64,000 bases of DNA from a bacterium (GCA_040752695.1 JBFMGO010000018.1:804-64803); one strand, 5' to 3'. Shown: positions 48,727-60,300, counted from the first letter of the stretch. A program made the numbers and translations. The notes: generated from the letters alone by a model not told the origin.

Positions 48727-50295
48727 TCAGGGCAGCGGAACAAGATCGATTTCAAAGAGTTTTGGCCAGAACTTTCCGGTCACAAACAGCCGGTCATTTT
48801 TAGCATCATAGGCAATGCCGTTGAGTACATCAACCGGGTAGACAAGGTCTGCCGGAGTCAATAGCCCGCTCAGATCTATATATCCAACTACCTGGCCTGT
48901 CAGGGGCGAAATTATGGCTATGCGGTCTGTCAGCCAGACGTTAGCGTAAATCACCCCTTTGATGTATTCCAACTCGTTGAGATTCGTTACCGGGCCATCC
49001 TGGTCATAGACATCAATCGAGCTGACTTCTGCAAAGGTTACTGGGTCCAGAAAATGCAATGTTGCCGTGCCGTCACTCATGATCAGGTTCGTTCCATCGT
49101 GAGTGATACCCCAGCCCTCGGTTGGATAGGTGAAACTCTGAAGCTGGACAAAGGTAAACTTATCGTAAACGAATCCGATATTATGCAGCCAGGTCAACTG
49201 GATAATCTTGTTTGCGTAGATGGTTATTCCCTCACCCCAGTATGGAGCAGGCAGATCAAGGCTTTGCAGAATCGTTCCGGTCGATAGATCAACCCGGCGT
49301 ATTTGTGAGTGTCCGGGAATCCCGGTCCCTTCGTAGAGAAAGCCATTGCTAAAAACTAATCCCTGGGTGAAGGCAATTCGGTCATGCGGATATGCATTGA
49401 CCACTGTATAAGTGTAATAGACCGGTACAACAGGGGCTACCACCTCAGCCCTGGGCCAGCTTATCAAACCGCCTTGAAGAGCCGCATATGGGAGGACTGA
49501 ATATGGTTGGGATATATACGGCTGAGTTGCATACGGCTGAGCTGTATACGGATGAGCTATATACGGCTGAGCTGCATATGACTGAAAACCTTGAGACCCG
49601 ATGGAAATGGAACCCAATGATCCCAGACCCAAAAGGGTATTGGCTACGTAATTGCCCGAATTGGACACGGAAAAGGCATTCACCGGAGTCTGGGGAATGG
49701 TCGCAGCGATTAGATTGGAATTTAAAAGCCCATTGGCGAGCGAAAGGGTTAAGGCTCCTTGAGGGAAGAGATTTAATCTATACGTTCCATACATCCCGGC
49801 AGCCGAGGGGACCCCGGCAACAGATACATTTATCACCTGCTGGGGTGAAGCTTGACTGCTGTAACGTCCGCTGAGAGAGCCATTTTGTCCAGAGATCAAA
49901 AATACACTATCGGGAATCAAAGATAGGTCGGCAATCAAGGACGGATCAAAATTCAAAGGCAAACCAGGGCTTAAGGATAAACTTGAAACCTGGGACAGAC
50001 CGGGATTCAAGAGCAGACCAGGAAGCAAGGACAGACCGGGATTCAACGTCGGACCAGGATTCAAAGTCAGACCAGAAATTGAGGACAGACCGGGATTCAA
50101 CATCAGGCTAGAGATTGAGGACAGATCAGGATTCAAAGATAAAGATGAAGCATACCGACTGTCAGCAGGAGCAGTCAAGGAATAGGGAAAAAGTTTATTC
50201 CCGAAGGAGCTGAACTGGGCATTACCGGTTGGGACAAACAAGAGAACTGCGAAACCTGTTATCAAGGATAAACAGATTGCAATAATTCTGGGCAT
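48727..50295 (-). CDS. Secreted fusion protein: low-complexity N-region (LNPGLS and QPY repeats) plus C-terminal glutaminyl-peptide cyclotransferase (bacterial/plant beta-propeller QC)
   Basis: C-terminal ~250 aa carry QC-family motifs (GLVFSNGFLYEGTGIPGHSQIRRVDLSTG..., WLHNIGFVYDKFTF, GWGITHDG, LNELEYIKGVIYANVW). Signal peptide. Predicted signal peptidase cleavage GNA|QF would leave N-terminal Gln. Confidence 0.65.
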   Translation of the reverse strand: MPRIIAICLSLITGFAVLLFVPTGNAQFSSFGNKLFPYSLTAPADSRYASSLSLNPDLSSISSLMLNPGLSSISGLTLNPGPTLNPGLSLLPGLLLNPGLSQVSSLSLSPGLPLNFDPSLIADLSLIPDSVFLISGQNGSLSGRYSSQASPQQVINVSVAGVPSAAGMYGTYRLNLFPQGALTLSLANGLLNSNLIAATIPQTPVNAFSVSNSGNYVANTLLGLGSLGSISIGSQGFQSYAAQPYIAHPYTAQPYATQPYISQPYSVLPYAALQGGLISWPRAEVVAPVVPVYYTYTVVNAYPHDRIAFTQGLVFSNGFLYEGTGIPGHSQIRRVDLSTGTILQSLDLPAPYWGEGITIYANKIIQLTWLHNIGFVYDKFTFVQLQSFTYPTEGWGITHDGTNLIMSDGTATLHFLDPVTFAEVSSIDVYDQDGPVTNLNELEYIKGVIYANVWLTDRIAIISPLTGQVVGYIDLSGLLTPADLVYPVDVLNGIAYDAKNDRLFVTGKFWPKLFEIDLVPLP

Positions 50296-50844
50296 ACAAC
50301 ATTCCTCTCTATAGGTTAGCTCCAGGATAATTTTTCTGATTTCCAGTGCATTTCCGATGCATTTTCAATGCATTTTCAATGCCCGGTCATCCGGAGAATG
50401 GACCCGAATCTCCGCCCCCGTATGGACAATATGGACAATATCAGGTTTTTTTCTTCTCCCCCTTTCAAAATACCTCCGTTTTCCTTTTCTAAAAGGGGAC
50501 GGGTAGATTTTAAATTCAGGAATATATGTTGAAGATAGGTGCTTTGTGGTTCTTTTGCTAATTATATTACTTATTGGCTCTTATTAGCAGTGTATTGAGC
50601 GCGATATGTATTAATTCTCACACACACTACTCAAGCCATCCGAGTACTATTCTGGTATCAATCCATCAGAGTTCTATTCCGGTAGCGATCAAAAACCTAT
50701 AACGCCGATCATTAAGACGGGTGGTAAGGTTTTATGGAAAATGAGTTGAAAAATGACTCAGTTTCCAGGAATTCCACTTTTCAGGGATTCCAAAACCTTA
50801 ACGATCACTGAAAAAAATCTATTTCATGAAGAAGGACTTATATC

Positions 50845-51486
50845 ATGGCAAGCAGGTCAGATTTTGAACAACGTGAATGGCAATTATTGATAAATGCGCC
50901 TCACCTGATTTATTCTTTGCTCACTGGTGGCGCTGATGAAGTAACCAGGGCAGAGGCATCGGCAATGCACAAGTTCCTGGAAGGTTTCCAAACTGCCAGC
51001 CCACTTATTCAAGAGGTACTGGCGGCAAGTAAACAGATGGAGCCTGGCAAGGGCGTCGCAGAAGCTGCACAGCCCGGAGGTATCCCGACCGGGTCGGCCA
51101 TGCAAAACCTTGAACAAATAGGGAATATTCTGAGCCACAAGGTCAATCGGTTAGAAGCTGACGAGTTTCGCAACTTTTTGATGACCCTTGGACGTAAGAT
51201 TGCCGAAGCATCGAGCGAGAAATTCCTGGGCCTGGGCAAAAAGGTGAGCGGTGAGGAAGCCAGTACACTGGATTCCATTGCTGCTGCACTGAAAACCTCT
51301 GTGGCAGAGGCTGCTCCGGGAATGGGAGAACGCATCTATGAAGTAAAGCCCGGCGACACCTTAAGCAAGATCGCCATGAACTTTTACGGGAATGCGTCTG
51401 ATTGGCCGAAGATTTATGAAGCCAATAAGGAACAGATTGATAATCCAGATTTAATTAAACCTGGTCAAAAATTTCGCATTCCATAG
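50845..51486 (+). CDS. Hypothetical protein with C-terminal LysM peptidoglycan-binding domain
   Basis: YEVKPGDTLSKIAMNFYGNASDWPKIYEANKEQIDNPDLIKPGQKFRIP is a canonical LysM. Confidence 0.6.
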   Translation: MASRSDFEQREWQLLINAPHLIYSLLTGGADEVTRAEASAMHKFLEGFQTASPLIQEVLAASKQMEPGKGVAEAAQPGGIPTGSAMQNLEQIGNILSHKVNRLEADEFRNFLMTLGRKIAEASSEKFLGLGKKVSGEEASTLDSIAAALKTSVAEAAPGMGERIYEVKPGDTLSKIAMNFYGNASDWPKIYEANKEQIDNPDLIKPGQKFRIP

Positions 51487-51499
51487 GATTCCTCTCCAG

Positions 51500-51545
51500 A
51501 GGGAGTCACTCGCAGATGAGCCAGCGCCACCCTTGGCGCTGGCTC
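51500..51545. terminator. Perfect 19-bp-stem hairpin between convergent genes (cgcagatgagccagcgcca-ccctt-tggcgctggctcatctgcg)
   Basis: Direct reading. Sits between the LysM gene stop (51486) and the methyltransferase stop (51657). Confidence 0.6.
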
Positions 51546-51656
51546 ATCTGCGGCCAGTCGTTTAATTCGCATGCGCTCTTTCGTATGAGCTCTATTGATA
51601 TCCTTTCCTGGTGAAAAACGCTCTTATACTTTCGTAGGACAAAGAGCCGCGTTTTT

Positions 51657-52490
51657 TCATTCCTTCTGTGCCGTCAGGTAAATACGGTTGAATTGCAATT
51701 CTACTCTATTTTCTGAATCCGCTTGCTTTTCAAACGCCTCCTTTATTATCTTCAGGAAATCATGCTCATAACCCGCCGACAACTCCGTGTCGTAAAACTC
51801 CTGGTTAAGATATCCTGCGATCGCTCCAGAGGAGAATATAGCAAACACCTCCTCTGGCGTATGCTTTGTGTTGATGGTTTCGATTTTTGAAAAGCTCACC
51901 TTAAATCCCGCATTCTCAAAAAAATGAGTATATTCCTCTGCTGTCTCGAAGAAAATCCAGGGTTCCCTGAAACAGGCAAAGATATCCCTGGTTCTTGGGT
52001 CCTCTGTTACCTTATCAATAGCGCCTATAAAATGAGGACAATATACTCTCTTGGCAGGCGACTGAATACCTATCCTGCCATTCTTCCTGAGTGCATTAAA
52101 ACAATTAAGAAGAGCCTTTTGAGGATTCCTGAACCACTGGAATGCTGAGTTGCAGAAGATCACATCAAAGCAATTGTGATAATCCATCGTTTCTGCACTC
52201 TCTCCATGAAAGGTTATATCAGCCTGCCTGCTTCTGGCTTCTGCAATCATCTTCTCCGATGGATCTATTCCGACCACTCTGCCTTTTGAAAGCTCCCTGA
52301 TTTTCCTGGTAAGATTGCCAACACCGCACCCTATATCCAGAATATCATCGTGCTCTTTAATTTCCAACAGATTCAGGAGCGTCTCTGCTGCCGGTCTCTG
52401 AACAAGCGAATTCTTTGCATAGCTGGAAGCGATTTTAGAAAAATCAACCACTTTGCATCTTCCTTTCCCTCTGTCCGGAAATTCACTCAC
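51657..52490 (-). CDS. Class I SAM-dependent methyltransferase (trans-aconitate methyltransferase / BioC-like)
   Basis: Motif I DILDIGCGVGNLT. Post-I acidic residue (VVGIDPS). Motif II DVIFCNSAFQW. The track start is GTG. An internal GTG at 52451 with a GGGAAAGGAAG RBS is an alternative start. Confidence 0.75.
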   Translation of the reverse strand: MSEFPDRGKGRCKVVDFSKIASSYAKNSLVQRPAAETLLNLLEIKEHDDILDIGCGVGNLTRKIRELSKGRVVGIDPSEKMIAEARSRQADITFHGESAETMDYHNCFDVIFCNSAFQWFRNPQKALLNCFNALRKNGRIGIQSPAKRVYCPHFIGAIDKVTEDPRTRDIFACFREPWIFFETAEEYTHFFENAGFKVSFSKIETINTKHTPEEVFAIFSSGAIAGYLNQEFYDTELSAGYEHDFLKIIKEAFEKQADSENRVELQFNRIYLTAQKE

Positions 52491-52707
52491 TGGCGACTAT
52501 TCGTCTTGTCATTCCGAGTCTTCTCAGTTCCTCATAGAATTAGTTATTATTATAATATAATACTGTTGAGCAGGCTGTCGTATCTGACGTTCGATCATTC
52601 AAGGCATAAGTATCAGCATGGCCAGCGCTTCAGAAATATGGCTTTTACTTGATTTCAGATGAGAAGTGATGTAAGTTATACCGCCCTGATTGTTTTCTCT
52701 CTGGACT

Positions 52708-52947
52708 TCACCTCTCTGCTTGTTTTTTCTCTGGTGTGCACTTTCCATTCTGAATGCAGGTGCAGTATGAGTGCACATTAGCGCAAATACCGCCAAAGAT
52801 AGAGAACACCCCCCAGAATAATGGCTTTGTCAGAATACCAATAAAAGTCGGCTTACTTACAGGCAGGAGGTATATTCCCAATGTGACAAGGTAGCAGCCT
52901 GCTATGATGCAGGTATGGCCAAATAATGCATATAATCTTCTCATCAT
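52708..52947 (-). CDS. Hypothetical small membrane protein (79 aa)
   Basis: Two predicted TM helices. No homology recognised. Confidence 0.25.
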   Translation of the reverse strand: MMRRLYALFGHTCIIAGCYLVTLGIYLLPVSKPTFIGILTKPLFWGVFSIFGGICANVHSYCTCIQNGKCTPEKKQAER

Positions 52948-52992
52948 ATTGTGCCGGTCCTATTAACGAGAATAAGTCGTTAACATTTTTTT

Positions 52993-53514
52993 TTATTTAC
53001 CAGGTGCACGCTCATTCTCCTTTGCCCTTAGATAATTGAGCAACGGCCTCAAACTATCTGGCTTTACTTCATCGAAATCAGTCCGCATCCCCTTTTTTGT
53101 CTCTTCATCCTTTTCCATCGATGAACCGACAAACATCAGCAATTTGTCCAGGAGACTCAGGTTCCTGTTTATCTGCCTGCCCCTGAGCGGGAAATATTTT
53201 ATTTTCCTTCTCATGTTTTCCTGCAAACTATTTTCATAAGCCTTTTTGACCAACGGATGCCCTACCGGCAAACCAGAGGTTGTAAAAAAAAGAATTTCTT
53301 TATTCTCTATCTTATCCCAGTTATTTTTTATGTTTTGTGCTATCACTATCTTTCCCATTCGCAAATAGCCTCCGAACACAATCACATCATAGCTTTTGAA
53401 ATCCGGATGCTCTTTTTCAATGTCTACAAGGTCGCTTTTTACCTCTTTGTGCAGCCATTCTGCATATTGCCTTGTACTTCCATATTTGCTTCGGTAGCAG
53501 ATTAACGTTTTCAC
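52993..53514 (-). CDS. Flavodoxin-like protein (HemG/protoporphyrinogen-oxidase-like or NrdI-like fold)
   Basis: N-terminal MKTLICYRSKYGSTRQYAEW (flavodoxin FMN phosphate-binding loop T/S-x-T-G-x-T pattern). About 173 aa. YDVIVFGG. Confidence 0.6.
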   Translation of the reverse strand: MKTLICYRSKYGSTRQYAEWLHKEVKSDLVDIEKEHPDFKSYDVIVFGGYLRMGKIVIAQNIKNNWDKIENKEILFFTTSGLPVGHPLVKKAYENSLQENMRRKIKYFPLRGRQINRNLSLLDKLLMFVGSSMEKDEETKKGMRTDFDEVKPDSLRPLLNYLRAKENERAPGK

Positions 53515-53871
53515 TATTATTCCACCTCCTAAATTCGGCTGTTACGTCTTCATTGCTTTCCTGCTTTTTTGCTTTTTGTACATGCTCCAGAAAAAACATT
53601 GTACTCGCCTTACTTATCAAACTCAAGAAATAAGCAAACTGTTTCTGCTCAAGGGATTTTCCATTTTCTGTTTTGCCGTTTACAAAGCCTGTTCATTAGT
53701 ATATGATAAAATAGTGAAATGGGGAAAAAAAAGGAACTGATCCAGGTACGGGAAAATGCATATAAGAGAAAGAAGCTCAGTCCAGGGTGGAGTCCCTTTT
53801 CCTATTTCCTGATATGATTTTCAGGCCGTACTTTTCATATGATTTTCAGGCCGCACCTTTCAAAGGATGGT

Positions 53872-54441
53872 ATGGGGTTGATACCTCTTATCGAAGCAAT
53901 TATGGAAAGGCGATCCGTTCGTTTCTATGAACCGAAACCTGTTCCCCGTGACATAATGCAGACGATTATTCAGGCTGGCAATTTAGCTCCATCTGGAGCC
54001 AATGCACAGCAGTGGAGATTCGTTGTCGTTGAAAACGAGGATTTCAGGAAAAAACTGGCAGACCTAGCACTTCCACGCTACAAGAGATGGATTGAAAATG
54101 CACCCGAGCAATTCAAGGCTATGCGGGCGGAAATTGATGCGGTTGCTCATGATCCTGTTTACTATTCCGCTCCTGCAATCGTTTTCATTATCGGAACGGG
54201 TATGACAGCCGATTACGATTGTCCGATGGTCTGCGAAAACATGATGATTGCCGCTACATCACTGGGCATAGGAAGTTGCTGGGTATTTTTCGGGCAGTTG
54301 GTATTGAATGATCAGGAAGTAAGAAATTCACTCGGCTTGGTCGAAGGCGAAAAGGTGTATGGCCCGATTCTGCTGGGATATCCAAAAGAGAACCTACCGG
54401 AGCGCGCTTCTAAAAAAGATCCCGTTATCAAATGGCTGTAG
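53872..54441 (+). CDS. Nitroreductase-family (NAD(P)H-flavin oxidoreductase) protein
   Basis: LIEAIMERRSVRFY...NLAPSGANAQQWRFVVV matches the nitroreductase N-terminal signature. Confidence 0.8.
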   Translation: MGLIPLIEAIMERRSVRFYEPKPVPRDIMQTIIQAGNLAPSGANAQQWRFVVVENEDFRKKLADLALPRYKRWIENAPEQFKAMRAEIDAVAHDPVYYSAPAIVFIIGTGMTADYDCPMVCENMMIAATSLGIGSCWVFFGQLVLNDQEVRNSLGLVEGEKVYGPILLGYPKENLPERASKKDPVIKWL

Positions 54442-54717
54442 GATGGATGTCAGGGGACGGGTGAACCGCAGGGGACAGATGACTGGCAGGGGGCGGATGA
54501 CTTAAGGTGTATCCTCTGCTAAAATCCCCCATTCCCTTTAGAAAAGAGGGGAAGTCAGTGATGGAAAGCTGATACAGGGAATTGTTATTTCACCACGAAA
54601 AGCACGAAGCGTTTGCTGATCCAGCTTCTTCAGCGTCGTGATCTTCGTGATCTTCGTGGTGAAAATAGGTGAACGTTTTTGGGTTCCAGCTTTTCAGAGC
54701 CTAAAACTTGATTATTA

Positions 54718-54897
54718 TCACCCTGCTTCGCCAAAATCAAAGATTCCTCCATTGCCATTGGCATCCCCAAACAATGCGTACCAGGCGCGGGAGGTATTAT
54801 AGCCGCCTAAAATCTTCCTCATCTCTTCAACTTTCAGCTTTTCATCATCACTGAGATCATTGATTTTGATTCTGGTAACTTCAATTTTATCCTGCAT
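54718..54897 (-). CDS. Double-glycine (GG) leader peptide precursor, 59 aa (MQDKIEVTRIKINDLSDDEKLKVEEMRKILGG | YNTSRAWYALFGDANGNGGIFDFGEAG); too short for the ORF track
   Basis: Hand-translated from the minus strand. Strong RBS (AAAGGGAGGATAGAAATC-ATG). The leader has hydrophobic residues at -4 (I), -7 (M), -12 (L) and ends in GG, matching the LSxxELxxIxGG consensus. It lies ~2.5 kb upstream of the C39-peptidase ABC transporter and is followed by an imperfect hairpin (54589-54665). Confidence 0.55.
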   Translation of the reverse strand: MQDKIEVTRIKINDLSDDEKLKVEEMRKILGGYNTSRAWYALFGDANGNGGIFDFGEAG

Positions 54898-54956
54898 GAT
54901 TTCTATCCTCCCTTTGTTAGGTTAAAGCATCTTGAAATGAGTTAAGTACACCGAAC

Positions 54957-55075
54957 ATTAAATACGCAGCCAGATAGTATGTAGTAATCCTTCGTCATTC
55001 TGAGCGAAAGCTCAGAATCCAGAAGCCCTGGAAAAGCCTGGATTCTGAGCCTCCGCTCAGAATGACGGGTGATGC
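54957..55075. repeat. Dispersed repeat copy B: the same ~45-nt arm as 38915, followed by a long imperfect palindrome (gtcattctgagcgaaagctcagaatccag...ctggattctgagcctccgctcagaatgac)
   Basis: The arm acattaaatacgcagccagatagtatgtagtaatccttcgtcattc is near-identical to 38918-38960. Confidence 0.7.
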
Positions 55076-55480
55076 TTTTCCTTAAGTGAAAAGTCCAAAA
55101 CTCCTTCCGGACATGCCTCTTCCGGTATTTTTGCTCTTTTTTACCCTCCTTTCCTGGTGATATTAGCTGGGAATTGTTTCCTCATCGAGGATCTCATTAT
55201 AATAGGAATTCAATCATCCTCTATTTATTTTTTCGGCTGTTTCAGCAGATCATTCAGGGGAATTCGCCTTTCAAGAAGTTTTTTCTCGTTTTTTCCCGGC
55301 AGGTAATGAGAGCCCAAGGGATGAATACGAAGACAGATTAAAAGCAGGACGAAAAAAAATTTGTATTATCAGTTTCAGGCAAAATCACAATTAAGTTTTA
55401 TCTCTAATAGCCTGCTAAATCGTCACAGCATCTGTTTGCTTCATGTGCAATTTTTGTCTCATGTGCAATTCCGGAATCTT

Positions 55481-57136
55481 ATGAAAAAATTGAGTCATAA
55501 AATTCAACCGATAATTATCCTCTTGCCTCCTCTCAGCCGCAGTTCTCTGCTCCTCAGTTCCCAGTTCCTCAGTTCCCTGCTCATCGGTTCCCTGCTCCTC
55601 GGCTCTTCGTTCCTCAGTTCTCTGTTTCTCAGTCCTCTGCTCAGCCGTGATGCAGCCGCTGCCGGATACATGGATAACACGAACACCCTTTCACTGTCTG
55701 ACAGCCTGAGCATTGCTCTGAAAGAAAATACAGATATCCAGTATTATCTGCTTGATAAGGATAAGGCCGAAAAAGAGGTTGATTATCAGAAGGCTGTCTA
55801 TCTTCCTTATCTGAAATTAAACACTAAAATGGGCACCTATGCCTATGATGTTTTAACACTTGATAATTACCGCAATCACCGCATCATGGACTTCGACCTC
55901 GCCCTCAGTAAAAGGCATTCTTTTGCCGGGGCATCCTCCATTCATTTTTCGACTGCCAGTGACAGGAGCACGTACTATACTCCGCGTATTCATCAGGATG
56001 AGTATACATCAGCTATCTTTTTCAAATATGATCAGCCCTTATTAAAGGGCTGGGGCCGGAAAATGGCAGATCTGGAAATAGAAAAAGCCGGGATACACAG
56101 GGAACTGGCTATTCAGAAATTAAAAGATATGAAAAATACTATTCTCTTCAATGTATTCAGGGACTATTTTTTACTTTACCTGACTGGAGAAGAACTCCGT
56201 CTGAAACGCGAAATAAGAAATAATACAGAAGAAATATACAATGTCGTAAATGAAAAAGTGAAGATGCAAAAGCTCCCGATAACAACCTTGAATAAGATGA
56301 AAGCAACATTGCTTATTCAGGATAAGGAAATGGCTGATCTGGAAAACGAAAAGAAAAAAAAAGAACATGCCCTTGTGCTCTCCCTTTATAACAAATCACA
56401 CTATCATGGCTCACAACAGCATGACCTGCAATATCGTGACTCACAACAACATCACTCACAATCAGGTTCGGATACCAGGGTTATCCTTGCAACGAGGCCC
56501 GATTCCGTGATTAATTCCTTTCCTGCGCCTTCCTGGCCGGATTTACAGATTAGATTGGAAGAGGTGGATTTTGCCTTAATAGACTATGGCCACCGATTAC
56601 AATTAGCAGAAAAAGAAAGAGAAAAGGCTCTGAACGACTTGAAGCCGGATCTTACGATATCCCTGGAAGCAGGAATAAACGGTTATGATTCGCATGAATG
56701 GTCAAGCTCGATCGGAGGTATTTCTTCGAGCAATTACCGCGCCCTCCTCACCGGAATGCTTGGTCTTCCCCTGAAGAATACTGCGGCTAAAGCTAACCTC
56801 GCGGCAGCAGAAAATCAGAACAGGCAGCTTTTGATACAGATAGGCAATCGCCGGGAGGAAATCAAAAATCTGATTAACGAACTCCGGGATGATATGGAAA
56901 CAGTGAGGAACAATATGGAGTTAAGTGAAAAGATCGCGGCTATCTCAAAAGAAAACCTTGAAAACGAAATAGAGCTCCTGGTAGGAGAGAAAAGCACTGT
57001 TCTGGATACTCTCGATTATCAGACAGCCTTTATCAGTGCGAAGCTGAATATGCTCAACACAAGGATAGATTATGTAATGCTTATTGGCACCTATTATCTG
57101 TTGAGAAGAGAAATGGAGTATCTTATAAGTCACTAA
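55481..57136 (+). CDS. TolC-family outer membrane efflux/type I secretion protein
   Basis: OEP-family start (LSLSDSLSIALKENTDIQYYLL...). Two coiled-coil-rich repeats. Long Ser/Leu low-complexity signal region encoded by a tandem DNA repeat (55540-55650). Confidence 0.6.
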   Translation: MKKLSHKIQPIIILLPPLSRSSLLLSSQFLSSLLIGSLLLGSSFLSSLFLSPLLSRDAAAAGYMDNTNTLSLSDSLSIALKENTDIQYYLLDKDKAEKEVDYQKAVYLPYLKLNTKMGTYAYDVLTLDNYRNHRIMDFDLALSKRHSFAGASSIHFSTASDRSTYYTPRIHQDEYTSAIFFKYDQPLLKGWGRKMADLEIEKAGIHRELAIQKLKDMKNTILFNVFRDYFLLYLTGEELRLKREIRNNTEEIYNVVNEKVKMQKLPITTLNKMKATLLIQDKEMADLENEKKKKEHALVLSLYNKSHYHGSQQHDLQYRDSQQHHSQSGSDTRVILATRPDSVINSFPAPSWPDLQIRLEEVDFALIDYGHRLQLAEKEREKALNDLKPDLTISLEAGINGYDSHEWSSSIGGISSSNYRALLTGMLGLPLKNTAAKANLAAAENQNRQLLIQIGNRREEIKNLINELRDDMETVRNNMELSEKIAAISKENLENEIELLVGEKSTVLDTLDYQTAFISAKLNMLNTRIDYVMLIGTYYLLRREMEYLISH

Positions 57137-57316
57137 TACAACTGAGTCACTAACACAACAGGGCGTAAGTAACTGGTTTCGTTTTCAGTTAAGGGAGGGG
57201 AGTACCTGATGCTACACCGAGGCTTTCACATGGGAGCTTGCACTGATGCTTCATCCTACTCAGGAATTGTTCCTCCCTAATTTACTAAAATCAATGTCAT
57301 TACCATAATCAATGTC

Positions 57317-57340
57317 ATTCCCGCGAAAGCGGGAATCCAG
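57317..57340. repeat. Third copy of the palindromic core gtcattcccgcgaaagcgggaat
   Basis: Direct reading. Immediately upstream of the ABC transporter start. Confidence 0.7.
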
Positions 57341-57356
57341 GCTTTTCAAGATACCT

Positions 57357-60300
57357 ATGGATATCAACGACCTTTTACAATTTATCCGGAAGATTACGCT
57401 TTTTTCCATTTTCAGTGATGAAGAACTGGCCCAACTGACCAGAGTGGCCGAGCTCAAGTCGATCAGTGCAGGTGGGCTTATCTTCGACCAGGGCACTTCA
57501 GGGAAAGAATTTTACCTTGTTTACAGCGGGAAGGTTCGCATAGTACAAAAGAACGAAAAAAAGCAGGAAATCAACCTTGGGGTCAGAACCAGGGGAGACC
57601 ATTTCGGAGAAACCGCCCTTATTACTGATAAGGCACGAAATGCAGCAGCCCGGGCAGCGGAAGACAGCGTTCTCGTATCCATCGACAGGCAACTGTTTTA
57701 TGACTACTTTTATTCTAAACCCGAGTTGAGGGAATATTTTGACAAGTTTATTCGGTACACCTCCATTCATCAGTTCTTGAAGTCGTGCACAGAGCTCTCA
57801 TCCGTGCCTCCGCAGCAGTTACAGGCTCTGGTGCAGAATTTTCATTCAGAGTTCTTTAAAGAAGGCGATGTGGTCTTCAGGCAGGGTGCTGAACCGGATA
57901 AATTTTATCTGGTGGAAAGCGGAAAACTGAAGGTGGTCCGGTGGGGAGGGAAGAGCCGGCAGATCATCAATTTTTTGCGTGAAGGCGATTTTTTTGGTGA
58001 AAAGGCCCTGGTGGAGGATAGCCGACGGTATGCAGATGTAGTTTGCCTCACCAATTGCACCTTATTCTCTCTTTCCAAAGAGACATTTTATGAGCTGGTG
58101 CCTCATTCACCAAAAATAAAAAAAGTGTTTGAAGACCGCATCCGGTCTTACCTGACAGATAAGCCGCCCATACCCTACCAGGAAATCATTAAGCAGGAGA
58201 TGGCCGCACTCCAGGATATTCACGTTCAAAAAGGTGACTCTCAAGGTAACTCTCAAGGTGCCTCCAAAGGCACATCCAAGGATGCCTCCAAGCGTGCCTC
58301 CAGGGGTTACTCAGGGGAAGAGGCATCTCCTCTCGATGAAAAACCGGGCTATGGAAAAAGATTCTCGACCCTGTATTACCGGAATATTCATTTTCCTTTT
58401 ATCATGCAGCACGATCAGATGACCTGCGGTACAACCTGCCTCATGATGATCGCCAGGTATTATGGGAAAAATTTTTCTTCCAGCAGATTGCGTGAGCTGG
58501 CCCATGTTGACCTCAGCGGCTCGTCGCTGGCCAATCTTGCCTCGGCAGCGGAGCAACTGGGCTTTTCCACCAGGGGGATGAAGCTTCGTTACGATACCCT
58601 GATAGCCGTCCACCTGCCCTGTATTGTACACTGGCAGGGTTATCATTATGTGGTTGTTTATCGGGCAAGTGAAAAGAATGTGCGGGTTGCAGATCCTGCT
58701 CTCGGCCTTCGTATATACACCAGAGAAAAATTCCTGGATAACTGGAATGGGATAACCCTCTCTCTTGAGCCCACCCCTGAATTCGAGAAGCAGACAGAGG
58801 ATAAAACATCGTTCAGGAATTTTATCCAGTTTGTCCGCCCTTATAAATTGATTCTCCTGGAGATTCTGGTCGCCTCAATTCTCATGAACCTCTTCGGTCT
58901 GGCTACCCCTATCTTCACCCAGAACGTGATCGACAAGGTCTTGTTTCACCATAATGCTTCCATGCTGAATATCATGCTTACAGGGATGGTTCTTGTTCTG
59001 ATCTTTCAGTTCCTGGTGAGTGTCCTGCGGCAATACCTGATCGTGCATACCAGCATGAAAATAGACCTCAGGATGCTGGTGGCCTTTTACAAGCATATGC
59101 TTTCCCTACCCCTTGGCTATTACAAGGTGCGCAAGGTGGGCGATTTCATCTCACGGTTCGGCGAGAATAAGAAAATACGCAGCTTTCTGACCAATACGGC
59201 CCTGACTATGGTTCTTGATACGATCCTGATCAGCGTCTACCTGTCTTTAATGTTCTATTACAATGTGCAGATGACCGGTCTTGCCCTTCTGTTCATGCCC
59301 ATTTTTATTACCATTACGCTGATCTTTACGCCAATGTTCAAGAAATTGAATGTCGATTCCTTTGCGGCTCAGGCCGAGTCCGAATCCCACCTGATCGAAT
59401 CAGTCAATGGAATCGATACGGTCAAGGCCATGAACATCGAATATCCCACGCGATGGAAATGGGAGGACAAGTATATTAAGAGCCTGAATATCGATTTCAA
59501 GCTCTTCAACACAGCCATTTATTTTCATTCCCTGGGAGACTTCGTTGGAGCATTAAGCTCGACCATCATTCTCTGGTACGGCGCCCAAAAGGTCATGCAG
59601 GGGACCATAAGCGTTGGTGAATTGATGGCCTTTATGGCCCTCATGGGCAGTGTCATAACTCCTGTCAACCGGATTATAACCGCCTGGGATACGATTCAGC
59701 AGACCATGGTCTCCGTCGATTTGCTCAACGACGTATTCACTGCCAAAGCGGAGTTCTCCGAATCAATGGAAGAGGCAACCGGCCTGGTAATCAGTGAGCC
59801 GCGCGGCGAAATCGCTTTTGAAAATGTTTATTTCAGATACGGCGGAGAAAATGACGCCTATATTTTATCCAACATAACCTTACGGATCGCCCCCGGCCAG
59901 ACTGCGGCCATCGTTGGACGAAGCGGTTCAGGGAAATCTACCCTGGTGAAGCTCATTGCCCGGTTCTACGATGTGACGGAGGGGAAAATTTCCATCGACG
60001 GATGTGACCTGAAAAATATCGATCTGACGAGCCTGCGGAATATGGTGGGATTTATCCTTCAGGACAACTTTATCTTCAACGCAAGCATACGCGAAAACAT
60101 ATCCTTTGGCGATCCGGAAGAAACCATGGGCAAGGTTATCGAAGCCGCAAGACTGGCCAATGCCCACGATTTCATTTCAGGACTCGGCCAGGGGTATGAA
60201 ACCAGAGTTGGTGACAGCGGGCTTCAACTGTCAGGCGGCCAGAAGCAGAGGATCGCTATTGCCAGAGTGCTGTATCGCAATCCAAAGATCATTATCTTCG

